Assembly: GCA_951406725.2 (NCBI GenBank)
Contig: OX597831.1
Span: 16,430,001-16,494,000 of the forward strand
Direction: 5' to 3'
Source: Octopus vulgaris
Taxonomy: Eukaryota
DNA: 64,000 bases
A model generated the notes under the pieces. The model was given only the letters and a program-made list of their open reading frames with translations. It searched no databases and was not told the origin of the DNA. Positions 13,921 to 27,055 of the stretch are shown here, piece after piece (position 1 is the first letter of the stretch; every line of letters begins with the position of its first letter). The translations under genes were made by a program, and so were the position numbers.

Positions 13921-14369
13921 CCCAATGAAGTAGTTTATTCGTTTTCCTGATCGTAAAAATATTAAGTAATTGTAATAATATTATGATGTATCTATTTAAA
14001 ATGCACCAAATGAAATGTTAATTTACGGCAACGTCAGTTTTTCTTAGCAAAAACATAAACGTCACAAAATATGCGAAGTAAATTGCCCATATCGTAATTA
14101 AACGCATTTCTATTTGCAATGATGGTAAACATCTGTTACAGTTATTAGTTAGTAAACAAAGCTATAAAACGTAGACATAATACATTCAGTTTGTACAGTT
14201 TTATAGATCGTAGAAGATGAGAATTTATAGCTTCATTTGTTTGCTCGTTGTTGGTAAGTTTTTAATACGAACTTCACTTTTATTTTTGTATACTACGTTG
14301 TAATTAGTCTGCCTCGCAAGGTTATCAATACATATGTATGTGTATGCATTATATATACATACATACACA

Positions 14370-14955
14370 CACGAATGTGGTAGGGGGCTTCCTTCACAAT
14401 CACGTGGTTCCGGGTTGAGTCCCACTGCGTGGACACTTGGGCAAATGTTCTTTATTTACTATTGCCTTGAACTTGACAATCGCTTGAAAATCGGTGTTAG
14501 TGTTTTTACGTCCTCGTAACTTAGTTTCACGGGAAAAGTGTCCAATAGAGTAAGTACCAGGGGGTTGATTCATTCAACTAAAACATTAAAGGTGGTAGGA
14601 GAGTATGGCCGCAGTCTAATGAGTGAGGCAAGGAAAAGTAAAAATAAAAGACAAAATACTGTACAATAGTTTTCATCTATGTTGCGAAATTGAGACTAAA
14701 GTATTACTTGGAAGCACAAGAAATATGAATCTGCCGATGTATTACTTAATATCATGAGGATAAGATAAGTTCGTATATAAATACTGTTTATATTATATAT
14801 ATTTCTCTTGCTGAATGAATACCTCTTATTCAAATTCCGCCGAGGTCGATGCCTTTCATAATATGGGTGTTCATAAATTAAGTACCAGTTGTGATCTAAT
14901 GGATGAGTCCCCTCCCCCAAAATGTCGGGCCTCGTGCCTAGGGGAGAAAAGAATG
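14370..14955 (+). mobile_element. Two decayed SINE copies (14370-14640, 14830-14955)
   Basis: gttccgggttgagtcccactgcgtgg..cttgggcaa head; aagtaccag core and ggcctcgtgcctag tail. Confidence 0.7.
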
Positions 14956-15059
14956 TAGTGCCCTTTTATAGCAAAAATAGCTTCTGCTTAGCATAATTCA
15001 CGATATATTGTACAACATCATGATTGGTTACTAGAAAGTGTGTAAACACGATTTATATA

Positions 15060-15399
15060 TGCATATGTTTTATTTATTATATTATATGACCGAACGCACG
15101 TGTTGTTTTCTCTTCTCCAAATAAGTTTTTATTTATATATATATACATATATATATATTTGTTGTGCAAGATTTTTTATGTGAAGTCGTGTGTTGAAACA
15201 AATAATGTTATATTTCGGAATGGTCATTTTGCCAGTTTAGCCAATAAAAACTCACGCCCTATATATTTGGTGTTACTTTGCTTCAGTGTTATTTATTTTT
15301 TACATTAATCTTAATCTTATTTCGGCCAGATAAATAATCAAATAGAAATAAATAACTATATAAGATTTTGATTTTTTTTAATTTAAAAGATTTTAAATA

Positions 15400-15445
<46 letters not shown>

Positions 15446-15960
15446 TAATAGTATTGTTGTTATACATACATACATACAAGCATATGTAATGATAATAATA
15501 AGTGGATGTAAACACATGAACAAAATAAGAATAAACAAAAACAACAACAACAAAACAAATTACATGAACGTATATAAACAGAAGATACAAATATTACAGG
15601 CACCCCCCACACACACTAAATAAACATAGACGCACATAGAGATACAAGCATGCGCAGATAAAGACATACAATAGAACTACAAAATGGCTGACGGTTAGTA
15701 AGGAGAGACACAAATAAGAAAGAAGAAAACAAAGGACCACTGATGCGGTCACAGGAGTGTGACGAAAGAACTCTGGGCGAAATAAGATTAAGATTAATGT
15801 AAAAAATATAAAATAAAAGAAATAAATAAGATCATAGCAAAATGACACCAAATATATAGTGCGTGGGTTTTTATTGGCTACACTGGCAAAATGACCATTC
15901 CGAAATACAACAATATCTTTATCAACACACGACTTCACAAAAAAATCTTGCACAACAAGA
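15060..15960. repeat. Inverted pair of pLTR family A; hammerhead-like motif at 15737-15776 (+)
   Basis: 15155-15330 is the reverse complement of about 15770-15960. Motif cca CTGATGC g gtcaca ggag tgtgac GAAA gaac TC tgg. Confidence 0.75.
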
Positions 15961-16024
15961 ATATAAACGTATATATATATATATATAGATATATATATTT
16001 ACATACATATATATATATACATAC

Positions 16025-16064
<40 letters not shown>

Positions 16065-16079
16065 TTATTATATAGAAGG

Positions 16080-16130
16080 AGCTTCTACAGGACTAGAACT
16101 GTTTCATTCAAGAGAAATCTTCAGGAAGCT
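16080..16130 (-). ncRNA. Type I hammerhead ribozyme motif, family C
   Basis: agcttc CTGAAGA tttc tctt gaat GAAA cag ttctagtc ctg TA gaagct. 6-bp stem I, GUA cleavage triplet. Confidence 0.75.
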
Positions 16131-16475
16131 AGTTAACAAGAATTGTATTGGCATTTATACATTTAGGCAGGTTTATAGAGGTGGTGGTGGGGGACTTTTT
16201 GGGGGTAGGCATAGCGCAAAAATATCATACTTGGGGGAGTGGTCAAGGAGTCAGTGGTAAATTAGATAGAAGAATAAATAAAAGAATAAAAAAAGAATAA
16301 AAAATATAAAAATATATAGAAGAATAGAGTTTTAGGTAAATAAGGAAATTCTCACTTATACCTATACACATATGTATACATATATACACACACACACAAA
16401 CATATACAAACACACATACATACACACACACCCATATATATATATATACACACACATATATATACATATATCTAC

Positions 16476-16510
<35 letters not shown>

Positions 16511-16681
16511 TACGTATATATACATATACATATACATATACACATATCCGCATACATACATACATACATACACCCATACATACATACATATATACACACA
16601 TACACACACCCACACGTATACATATACATACATATACGCGCATGCATACACATACAAATACATACACATACGCATATACAT

Positions 16682-16726
<45 letters not shown>

Positions 16727-17112
16727 CATACATATACATACATACATATACATATATACACACACACACATACATACATATATACACATACACGCACATA
16801 CACATATACATGCGTACCCATACACACACACACACACGCGCGCATCCATATATACACATAAGTACATACATGCGTAAAAGTATACAAAAATCTATGCTTA
16901 CACATACACACACACACGCCCACTCATTATGTTCATACTTAGATGCATACTCAAAGAATAAGTAATAAAATATATATACGTGCAGTTATTCATACATGCA
17001 TACTCAAAAAATAATAAATAATATATAATAAATAATAAATAATAAATAATAAATATTAAGTATATATACGTGCAGTTACCTATTATACAGACGGATACAT
17101 ACATATAAACTT

Positions 17113-17158
<46 letters not shown>

Positions 17159-17331
17159 GTGTATGTATGTGTGTAAGTATATGTATGTGTGTGTGTGTGT
17201 GTATATGTATATATAGGTGTATGTATGTATGTGTATATGTATATACATGTATATATGTATATATATATATATATATATGTGTGTGTATGTGTATGTGTGT
17301 ATGTATATGTATGTATGTATATGTATGTATA

Positions 17332-17402
<71 letters not shown>

Positions 17403-17551
17403 ATATATGCGTGTATGTATATGTATGTATGTATATATATGTGTGTGTATGTGTATGTGTATATGTACATATACGTGCACGCTCGTGTGTTTAGGTATAT
17501 GTAGGTACGTAGAGTTATGTATGTGTGTATGTATATGTACATGTGTGTAAG

Positions 17552-17590
<39 letters not shown>

Positions 17591-17595
17591 GTATA

Positions 17596-17634
<39 letters not shown>

Positions 17635-18013
17635 AAGTTTATATGTATGTATCCGTCTGTATAATAGGTAACTGCACGTATATATACTTAATATTTATTA
17701 TTTATTATTTATTATTTATTATATATTATTTATTATTTTTTGAGTATGCATGTATGAATAATTGCATGTATATATATTTTATTACGTATTCTTTGAGTAT
17801 GAATGTAAGTATGAACATAAGGAGTGGCGTGTGTGTGTGTGTATGTGTAAGCATATATTTTTGTATACTTTTACGCATGTGTGTACTTATGTGTATATAT
17901 GGATGCGCGTGTGTGTGTGTGTATGGGTACGCATGTATATGTGTATGTGCGTGTATGTGTATATGTGTATGTATGTGTGTGTATATATGTATATGTATGT
18001 ATGTATATGTATG

Positions 18014-18044
<31 letters not shown>

Positions 18045-18227
18045 GTATCTATGTATATGTATATGTGTATGTGTATGTATTTGTATGTGTATGCATGCGC
18101 GTATTTGTATGTATATGTATACGTGTGGGTGTGTGTATGAGTGTATATATCTATGTATGTATGGGTGTATGTATGTATGTATGTATGCGGATATGTGTAT
18201 ATGTATATGTATATGTATATATATGTA

Positions 18228-18258
<31 letters not shown>

Positions 18259-18265
18259 GTGTGTA

Positions 18266-18296
<31 letters not shown>

Positions 18297-18794
18297 GTGT
18301 GTATATATATGTATGTATGTATTTGTATGTAGGTGTATATGTATGTGTGTATATATATTTGGTGTATATGTATAGACTAGTCTTCTAAGTTTGTTGACAT
18401 GAATCTGTAGGTACGCGTACGTATGTGTATATACGTGTATGTATGTAGATGTATGTATGTATGAATATAACGCGTGCGTGCGTGTATGTGTATGAGTGTA
18501 CAAATGAGAGTGTGTGTGCGTGCTAATGAGTGTGCGTGCGTGAGTGAGTGCTTGTGCTCAAGTAGAAAGATAAAAGGGACTAGCCAAGATGCTTGTGACC
18601 AGCGGTCAAAGATAACAAAAGTAATAAATGAAGATAATAAAATTAAAATTAGGGAATGGGTTTGTAATTGTATGTATATATGTGTGTATGTGTAGGTATG
18701 AATAGGTACACATATGTGTGTATATATGTGTATATATATATGTATATGTGTGTGTGTATACATACATATATGTGTATGAATAGGTACACATATG

Positions 18795-18839
<45 letters not shown>

Positions 18840-19375
18840 ATACATACATATATGTGTATATGTATATATGAGTATATAGGGACTTGTGTGTTGTGTGTGC
18901 ATGTGTGTATGTGGATATATGTGTGTATGTGTGTATGTGTATGTGTGTGTATGTATATATTTTTTGTGTGTATGTGTATATGTATATGCATGTATATGTG
19001 TATGTATATGTATATATATATATATATATGTAGATATATGTATGTATATGTGTGTGTATATATATATATATATGGGTGTGTGTGTATGTATGTGTGTATG
19101 TATATGTGTGTGTGTGTGTGTATATGTATACATATGTGTATAGGTATAAGTGAGAATTTCCTTATTTACCTAAATCTCTAGTCTTATATATATTTTTATA
19201 TTTTTTAATTCTTTTTTTATTCTTTTATTTATTCTTCTTTCTAATTTACCACTGACTCCTTGACCACTCCCCCAAGTATGATTTTTTTGCGCTATGCCTA
19301 CCCCCAAAAATTCCCCCACCACCACCCCTATAAACCTGCCTAAATGTATAAATGCCAATACAATTCTTGTTAACT

Positions 19376-19426
19376 AGCTTCCTGAAGATTTCTCTTGAAT
19401 GAAACATTTCTAGTCCTGTAGAAGCT
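19376..19426 (+). ncRNA. Type I hammerhead motif, family C (one stem III mismatch)
   Basis: Same as 16080-16130 but cag>cat. Confidence 0.65.
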
Positions 19427-19880
19427 CCTTCTATATAATAAATTAATTTTATTCTGCTATGTATTGAGTACCTTATTTACTGTGGTTAACCCCGAATCAA
19501 CCCGGGACCTACATATATATATATATATATATACATACATGCATATATATATATCATTAAATGTATATAACGTTCAATAAATTTAGTCATGAGATGAATA
19601 AGTAATATTTTACTCTTAAATTTTAGGTATGGTGACGGGAGACAATTGTACAAGGAAGGCGAAACTAGAATGTGATTTTCCTGAAATACTTTTCAAAGAT
19701 TTCGCTCACGATGATATATTTTGCAAGTATATATATATAGATAGTTTTTCTATATCTATTTATGATTCCGCAATTAATAGCTGAGCAAATAGTCACTGAC
19801 AAATATGTTGCCTTTCCTTTCACTCTGTGCCTCTGTAAATCATTGTGTCTGGTTTGATAATCTCTCCAGTCATAGGAATG

Positions 19881-19963
<83 letters not shown>

Positions 19964-21071
19964 TTGAATAATCCGTAACAAGATAATTCATTTATCCATT
20001 TCAATAAATATATATATATATATATATATTTATTTATTTATATGCATGGTTTCATACAACGTATGTACCTATGTATGTATGCATGTAAGTATATCTGTGG
20101 GTGTGTATATTGCATGGAATTTAAGAACATATTCTTGATAACGTTCACATATTAAAAAAAGAAAATCTGAAACAAAATTATGAATTGTATATAAAGTTTA
20201 CAACAAAGTAAATCTTCAAACTGAGTGTATTCATGTTTACAGGTTATAACTTTTCAAACACTTAGTGCGCTTAGAGAATTTTTTCATTATAAATTGTGTT
20301 GTCTACCGTTGGTTAAATTTCCAAATTAAATTTCTTATAATTTCTTGGTGTATTTTTTTCCTTTTGTGTTTTATTTTCTTCCTTCATTTTCACACAAATG
20401 ATTTTAATTTCATATTTGTACAAGTGTCGACATATTTATTATAAGCATCATTTCTAAGCAGCATAAATTGTTGCTGATGAAAATAACGTGCAGCTTAAAC
20501 GTAGAAAATCCCAAGCCTGCCAACAATTGCAGCTGAAATGTAGGCAGCATTTCACTGGCCAAAGACGGATTGCAATTTCTGGATCAAAATCAGTGCACTA
20601 CCTGTCTGTTGGCAGGAGTTATAATGCATATTCTCAGGTGCCTGTTACCAAGTTGATAGTAAAATGCAGACGGGCGCCCGGATGGATTGTTACGATCTTC
20701 GGATGCGAAGAATAGAAAACACGAAGAATGTACACGGGTGGAAATTTTCCAGCAGCTATTCAAGTTACGACTCGCAAATATATTCACCGCACAGTGTAAA
20801 ATTAATGGCGGAACTCGAAGAAAGCCAGCAAAACTACAAAAAGATGGTTGTCTCAATGTGGCAGGTTAGATCCAAAGTAACGCTGGAGCTGTGTGTGCTT
20901 GTGCTTAATGATATATTTGAGAGAGAGTGAGTTTTGAAAATGGGTTGTTTTTGTGAAATTTACCAGTTCATTTACGAAGAGTAACGAGGTCATTATTACT
21001 AAAAATATCTCATTTAAATCTGACCTATTTCATCTGAGACACACAATTTTCATAAGGCGATTCCATACGCT

Positions 21072-21383
21072 GTGGTAAAGTAGATAAAAGAATAAATAAA
21101 TTATTTATTCTTTTATCTACTTTACCACCGATTCCTTTGACCACTCCCCTAAGAAAGATAGTTTGCGCCATGCCTACCCCAAAAAGTCCCCCACCACCAC
21201 CCCTTTAAACCTGCCGAAATGTATAAATGCCAAAACTACTCTTGTCACCTAGCTTCCTGATGATTTCTTCTGAATGAAACAGTTCTAGTCCTGTAGAAGC
21301 TCCTTCTATAAAATAAATTAATTTACTCTGCTATGTATTGAATACCTTATTTACTGTGGTTAACCCCGACTCAACCCGGGACC

Positions 21384-21388
<5 letters not shown>
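21072..21388 (+). repeat. pLTR family C copy with a perfect 28-bp hairpin at its 5' end; hammerhead at 21251-21301
   Basis: agcttc CTGATGA tttc ttct gaat GAAA cag ttctagtc ctg TA gaagct. Ends in gggacctac+(AT)n, exactly like the copy ending at 19512. Confidence 0.8.
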
Positions 21389-21473
<85 letters not shown>

Positions 21474-22491
21474 TATTCCTTTTCCATTCGATTAGTTAGG
21501 AAGAAATTATTCGATAAAATGTAACTCCATTGTTTTCGTTTATTTTTTGCTCATATTTCGGAATTTACAGAAGTGAAAGATCTTGAAGCCGTAGTTTTCA
21601 AATATTTCCAGATGCTAACCCGGCGGGATAGAGGATGATCCAATGTGTTTGCTATGATCTCTGTTGAATGTTGCATGGTGGCAAAATTAATTGCTTTTAC
21701 CAATATAATTTTATTTGAGATTTGTTATGCAGTATATGAGAGTTGGTGTCTTACTGTTCATAACTACAAATATTTGGGAGGAGAAGCCATTTTTAAAACA
21801 GAAATTTTATATAGGAACTAGTGTAGAAATCCTTGAAGTCATTGTTACAAATTAAACATTGTTTATCTCCACAGACTTTCAGCAAACAATCTACAGTGTC
21901 CCCTTACGTGAATTCTGCCAGCGTGAATAATTTTCCTTGCGTTTACTGTTTTGTATTAGGTTTTCATATTTTTAATTTTGAGGTTTTTAAGAGAACTGGT
22001 AGAGTTCTTTTTATAGTGCGGAATATGTTTATTATTTCTGGTTTATATGACTTAAAAAAACAATTAGTTTTTTTCTTTATTTTTTTCTTAGGCATCCTCA
22101 GTTAGTATGACGTCCATTTTCGTTGCCTCCGTTTTCTACATACCATATATATTTAGTTGTATTAAGTTATGTTTGGAAGGTGTTGTGTGACGCCCCCAGA
22201 CGATGAAGTAGACTAGCCCAATACGTAGATATAGAGGGAGAAGTCTAGACGTCAAGAGAGCACAGCTGAGAGTAGCAGTAGGAGAGCTGAGACGAGTTGA
22301 GTAGAAGGAATCCGAACGTGCAACATAACAAAAGGTATCATCACTGCCAGCTTAACATTATATATGAACGCCTCGTTATATATGCAAGAGAGCTGCAGGA
22401 CATTTTTTTACCCCTTATTAGGTGGAGCATTAGCTGCTCCATAAACAGTACGTTTGCGAGATGGACAGCATTTGATAGCCTAGTTGGTCGT

Positions 22492-22970
<479 letters not shown>

Positions 22971-23212
22971 TAGGATACCCTGGCGGATAAACGCTACTAC
23001 ACCTCCTTTGCATTTTGCTGAATAAACCAACACCGTTATAGAATTTAATTGTTCCTAATGAGCGACAGAATAAATTCCTTGTTAACAAATCATAAAACTT
23101 CATAAATTGACTTCAAATAGGAGAGATTTCATTTCTGATATTAAAAATATTTTGCCAAACATGAAGCTTTTCTGTATTTAAGTTTTTAATACCTACTTAC
23201 AATGTCTTGCAG

Positions 23213-23303
23213 ACACTTTGACGCGAGTAGTATATGTTTGCGAACAATAGACCCAAAATGTAGTAATTATTTCGATCTCTTCCATAAAATCAAGAAGTGT
23301 AAG
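23213..23303 (+). CDS. Cys-rich exon, paralogue 2 (phase 2/0): HFDASSICLRTIDPKCSNYFDLFHKIKKCK
   Basis: cttgcag acceptor, aag|gtaaga donor. C8, C16, YF and terminal KC align with paralogues 1 and 3. Confidence 0.7.
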
Positions 23304-23944
23304 GTAAGATAACTTGTTATTATTGGTCTTATGAAATTTAATGTTATTGAACGAAATTATACACCCTTATTTAGTATTCTTAATTTGTAATCTTTCTCTG
23401 TATCTCACACAGTACAGATTAAGTGCTAAGTTGATACGGTAGTTGAAAAATGTATATATTTTATCAATATTAAAATCTGTTGTTTTCATCCAATGTTTGC
23501 AAGAATAGAACTGTCACTCGACTTACTGTTCCTCAGTATTTGGAATTTGAACAACTGATGACCGGTTTATCTCTTTTTTACGCAATGTCTAATTTACCTT
23601 TGTAACTTAAAATGTCCCCTGTCCCCACATTCTTCACATTATATTTCCGAATGATCTTGAATTTTACCATCCGAAATATAGCTGGAGGAATATGTCAACA
23701 CACAGTACGGTGAAGGTACGGTACAACAACATTGCTATTTCCAGACGTTATAATGCTATCTAGTGTGATTTAAAATATCGCATTGAATAACTATTGTCTC
23801 TTACTGAATGGTAATAACCTTATTTTTCAGTCTCCCGTAATTAAAGAAACGCCAACATTATTGGTACGTAATACCATTTCTTTTAATAATTTCCTGGGAT
23901 TGCATAGTGATGCATCTTCAATAAGCTAATATTATCATCACTGT

Positions 23945-24178
23945 AAGGCGGCGAATTGCAAGAATCGTTAGCATGCCGGGCGATATGCCTAGCGGGTATT
24001 TCGTCTGCCGTTACGTTCTGAGTTCAACTTCCGCTAGGTCGACTTTGTCTTTCATCCTTTCGGGGTCGATAAAATAAGTACCAGTTACGCACCGGGGTCG
24101 ATGTAATCGATTTAATCGCTTTGTATGTTCTTGTTTGTCTCCACTATGTTTAGCCCCTTGTGATCAATAAAGAAAGAA
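23945..24178 (+). mobile_element. SINE
   Basis: Same head and core as 12213; tail tttagccccttgtg..aataaagaaa. Confidence 0.85.
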
Positions 24179-24425
24179 ATATTATCATCTCTATATTGAT
24201 ACTTATTTTCACAGAAAGAGCTGGTCAGATGAATGTTAAAATTACTACAGCTGCATCAGCGATTTCCCTCCAGGCGCTATTCTGTTGCTCGCCAAATTAT
24301 ATTTTCATATTTGATTCCCCATTTATGAAATGTTTGTAGTGGGCTACATCTAAATTTCCTTTATAGCATTATTATGTTGTGGTGGGCACTGAATGCCGAT
24401 TTCTTACTCAATATATTTTTCAAAG

Positions 24426-24524
24426 AAACTTTCCACGAATGCAATTCACATTGCAGAGTTTACGTCATAAAGGAATGTCTTGTGGAAAATGTTTTGAATA
24501 TTGAGGAAGAGGAATTTCGGATAG
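24426..24524 (+). pseudogene. Frameshifted EGF-like exon of paralogue 2 (ETFHECNSHCR / GKCFEY*)
   Basis: Phase-1 start after tttttcaaag. ET..C...C...GKC pattern matches 8763-8870. 3' end uncertain. Confidence 0.4.
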
Positions 24525-25300
24525 TTCCAACACCTCAATCTCTTTCCTCACAGTTTTCTGAGAAAGTGTTTTTTCCTTATGAAAATGTCAATAAATACAT
24601 TTCAAACGTCGTCGTATATGATCACAGGAATTTAACAGAGCCAACGTGAGGCTAATATTTCAAATGACATGACTGTATTTTCCTCTACCTTTTGATAACT
24701 TAATTATGATGACTAAAATTTTACTTTTGCGAACCACATGCTTCCTGCTACATTTAACCTTTCAAAAAGTAAGTAAACGTTAGCCGCCTCTGGGTTTGTT
24801 TGGGTCTAAGGCCACCATGAAATCATGTAGGAAAAATGTATTAAAATTAATGTTTGTGTTGCTTTATCCACCGAGATTTCATTGAGATAGTTTAAAATAT
24901 AGTCCGAGATATGACCGTAGGCTAAGTTATCTGAAAGCATTTGTACAAAATTTCATTAAGAAATATGTAATATTCGGGAATTTAGGACAGACTTGATTGT
25001 AGGTATGACAAATCAACGAAACAAAATGAATAGCACTTCTTTCTTCAGCCTTTGATTTCTTCAAAATCTCATTATAACGGACGACGTCTGTTTGTGTGTT
25101 TTTCACGGTTACACGACTGAGCCAATGGTTACAGTGTTTCTCGAGATTACAGGGGAGGTAATCAGGAAGGCTTCTAGCGAAAAAAATGTGGAAAATATGA
25201 TTATTGAGTGGAAATTGTGGATAATGGTTCAGTTTACAGCTGTAAAAAAAAATTAAAGGGGAGATAATTAATAAAAAAAACAAAGGAAGATAGGTTTACT

Positions 25301-25810
25301 TCTTACTATAAAGGGCGTTATGACCGTCCGTCCGTCCGCCCGTCTGTCTGTTTTCTTTTCACTGTCAAACGGCTGGACAAATGAATACGATGTTTTTCGG
25401 CTTTACGAAGGTAATAATGAAGAAACAATATGAAAATTAAGTTTTAGTGGCTTTAAATTTTTGTATTAATAAATCACTGTTGGTTTTATTTTGTTAAAAA
25501 TTCCGGCGACGAAGACTAACTCTGGATCTCCTCGCCCCCGAATATTTCGTTATTTCAGTGGGTTTAGATTTGCGATAAAACCTCTTTATTTCCCATCGTA
25601 GATGGGTAGATTCCTAAAGAATCCGCTCGCGCATTCGCAGTCAACAAGGTACAGGACCTGACTTTAAATCTGGTACATGTATTTTTACACTTAGTAATAT
25701 TTACACACGGGGTGTTTATACGTTGCTATTTGTAAAGCAACGGACTCCAGTAATTTGAAAATTAGTGTCAACCAAATAGAAAATATCGCCTACAAATAAG
25801 TTGTGTAATC
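25301..25810 (+). mobile_element. Helitron remnant (5' end and Pif1-like helicase C-terminus)
   Basis: TC..tactataaa + (gtcc)n start. Decayed FA-NKVQ..TL, FTHG..YVA, NLKI and ENIAYK*V match the Helitron motifs NKSQGQTL, HGQLYVA and NIVYKEV. Confidence 0.7.
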
Positions 25811-26419
25811 GTGTTGATATTCTCGAAAGGAATGATTCATAATTTAAATAAGGAATTTTGTGAACTTTAAATGCATAAGAGTATAAACAAGTGTAAAATA
25901 GTGTAAATAATTAAATAAAAGTATATCTAAGCAGCATTGTATTTATTACTTTTTATGTAGTTGTCGAAGGAAGGTCCTAACCTCCGTTAGGAGTGGTCCA
26001 CATAACCATTAATTATACAGAGTCAGGGAGCCTATTTCAGTTCGAGAGCGAATCGTCATCACCAGTCACTCAGTCGCAAACACATGCGACATAACTGCAA
26101 TAGAATGTGGTACCATCAACGATAATGCGATTTATCTAAGACATCAGCCAGCAATCTATTAAGTCCATTTACACAGTCCTCAATACATACTACTGTTATG
26201 ACTTCTCTCCCTGGAGTTAGGCTTCCATCGTAGATGGGTAGATTTGATAATACCAATAGTAAAACGATAGAGAAAGGCAAGCGACACAACTTGGCTAACG
26301 ATTGAATAAAATTATGGTGTGGGGAAACATTTCCATTTCAAGAAGTATAGAAAGAGATGTTAAAAAATGCTATCTCGCAGTGAATTAATATGTCCTGTTG
26401 TATCATTTATTTGTTTTAG

Positions 26420-26489
26420 CTAACTCAAGGTATAGATGTTTTACTTTCAGAAAACTCCAGGAACTAAATCCTCAATTACCCGAAATAAG
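26420..26489 (+). CDS. Penultimate exon of paralogue 2 (NSRYRCFTFRKLQELN...), with alternative internal acceptor at 26451
   Basis: ttttag acceptor, aag|gtatgt donor. TFRKLQELN and TRNK match SFRSLDELN and TRNK in paralogue 1. Confidence 0.5.
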
Positions 26490-27001
26490 GTATGTAATAC
26501 CGTTACGGTTAATAATTTGATTGCATATTGGTTTACCCTCAGTAAACTAACACTATCAATAGATTAATATGTACTGACAGAGCCAGACCTCATCAACAAA
26601 ATATTAAAATCACTACGACGGCAAACGTTTTACTAAAATACGCGATCAACCACACATTTCTAATTATTGCCATGAAATTAACTAAATGACATAATTCTGC
26701 ACATTATAGACATTACAAATACAATAAGATTGATAAATAAGTGAACTTTGTTCAGTATATTAGAAAATATCTGATCGATGATGTCATTATTATTTGTAGC
26801 ATTTTGATATACAGATTTTAATAAAAATTAAAGCGAAGACGTAGAAGTTAATAAGATGACGATGTTTGTACACTTGCCTTAACAAATCCATTGGGAATTA
26901 TTTAATCAATATAACTGAAATATTCGCAATAAATTACATAGATCAAATTGCATGCAAATCTCTCGACCCTGATTATTTCAATATCGTTCTATTTTTCGCA
27001 G

Positions 27002-27055
27002 GTTAGAACCGAAATGATACTGGCTACAGCAGTTGTTTGTAAATTAAGTTATTAA
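27002..27055 (+). CDS. Terminal exon of paralogue 2: VRTEMILATAVVCKLSY*
   Basis: tttttcgcag acceptor, AATAAA at about 27063. Same length as the 44149 exon. Confidence 0.6.
   Translation, partial: VRTEMILATAVVCKLSY

Larger units (their letters stand above)
16068..19512. repeat. About 3.4 kb nested quasi-palindrome: inverted pLTR family C arms enclosing mirrored cryptic (TA/TG) microsatellite
   Basis: 16068-16540 inverts about 18960-19440. 16363-17150 inverts about 17600-18370, including unique AT-rich blocks. Confidence 0.85.

Noticed and set aside
16243-19181. Many long YI/CV/HT-rich ORFs (also at 228-524, 22297-23033, 30567-31305 and elsewhere)
   Set aside because: They are translations of stop-free dinucleotide microsatellites, not genes.
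20488-20930. Overlapping short ORFs in a GC-richer block; faint piggyBac-like words (WPK, LAGV.NAY)
   Set aside because: Too decayed to assign by eye.
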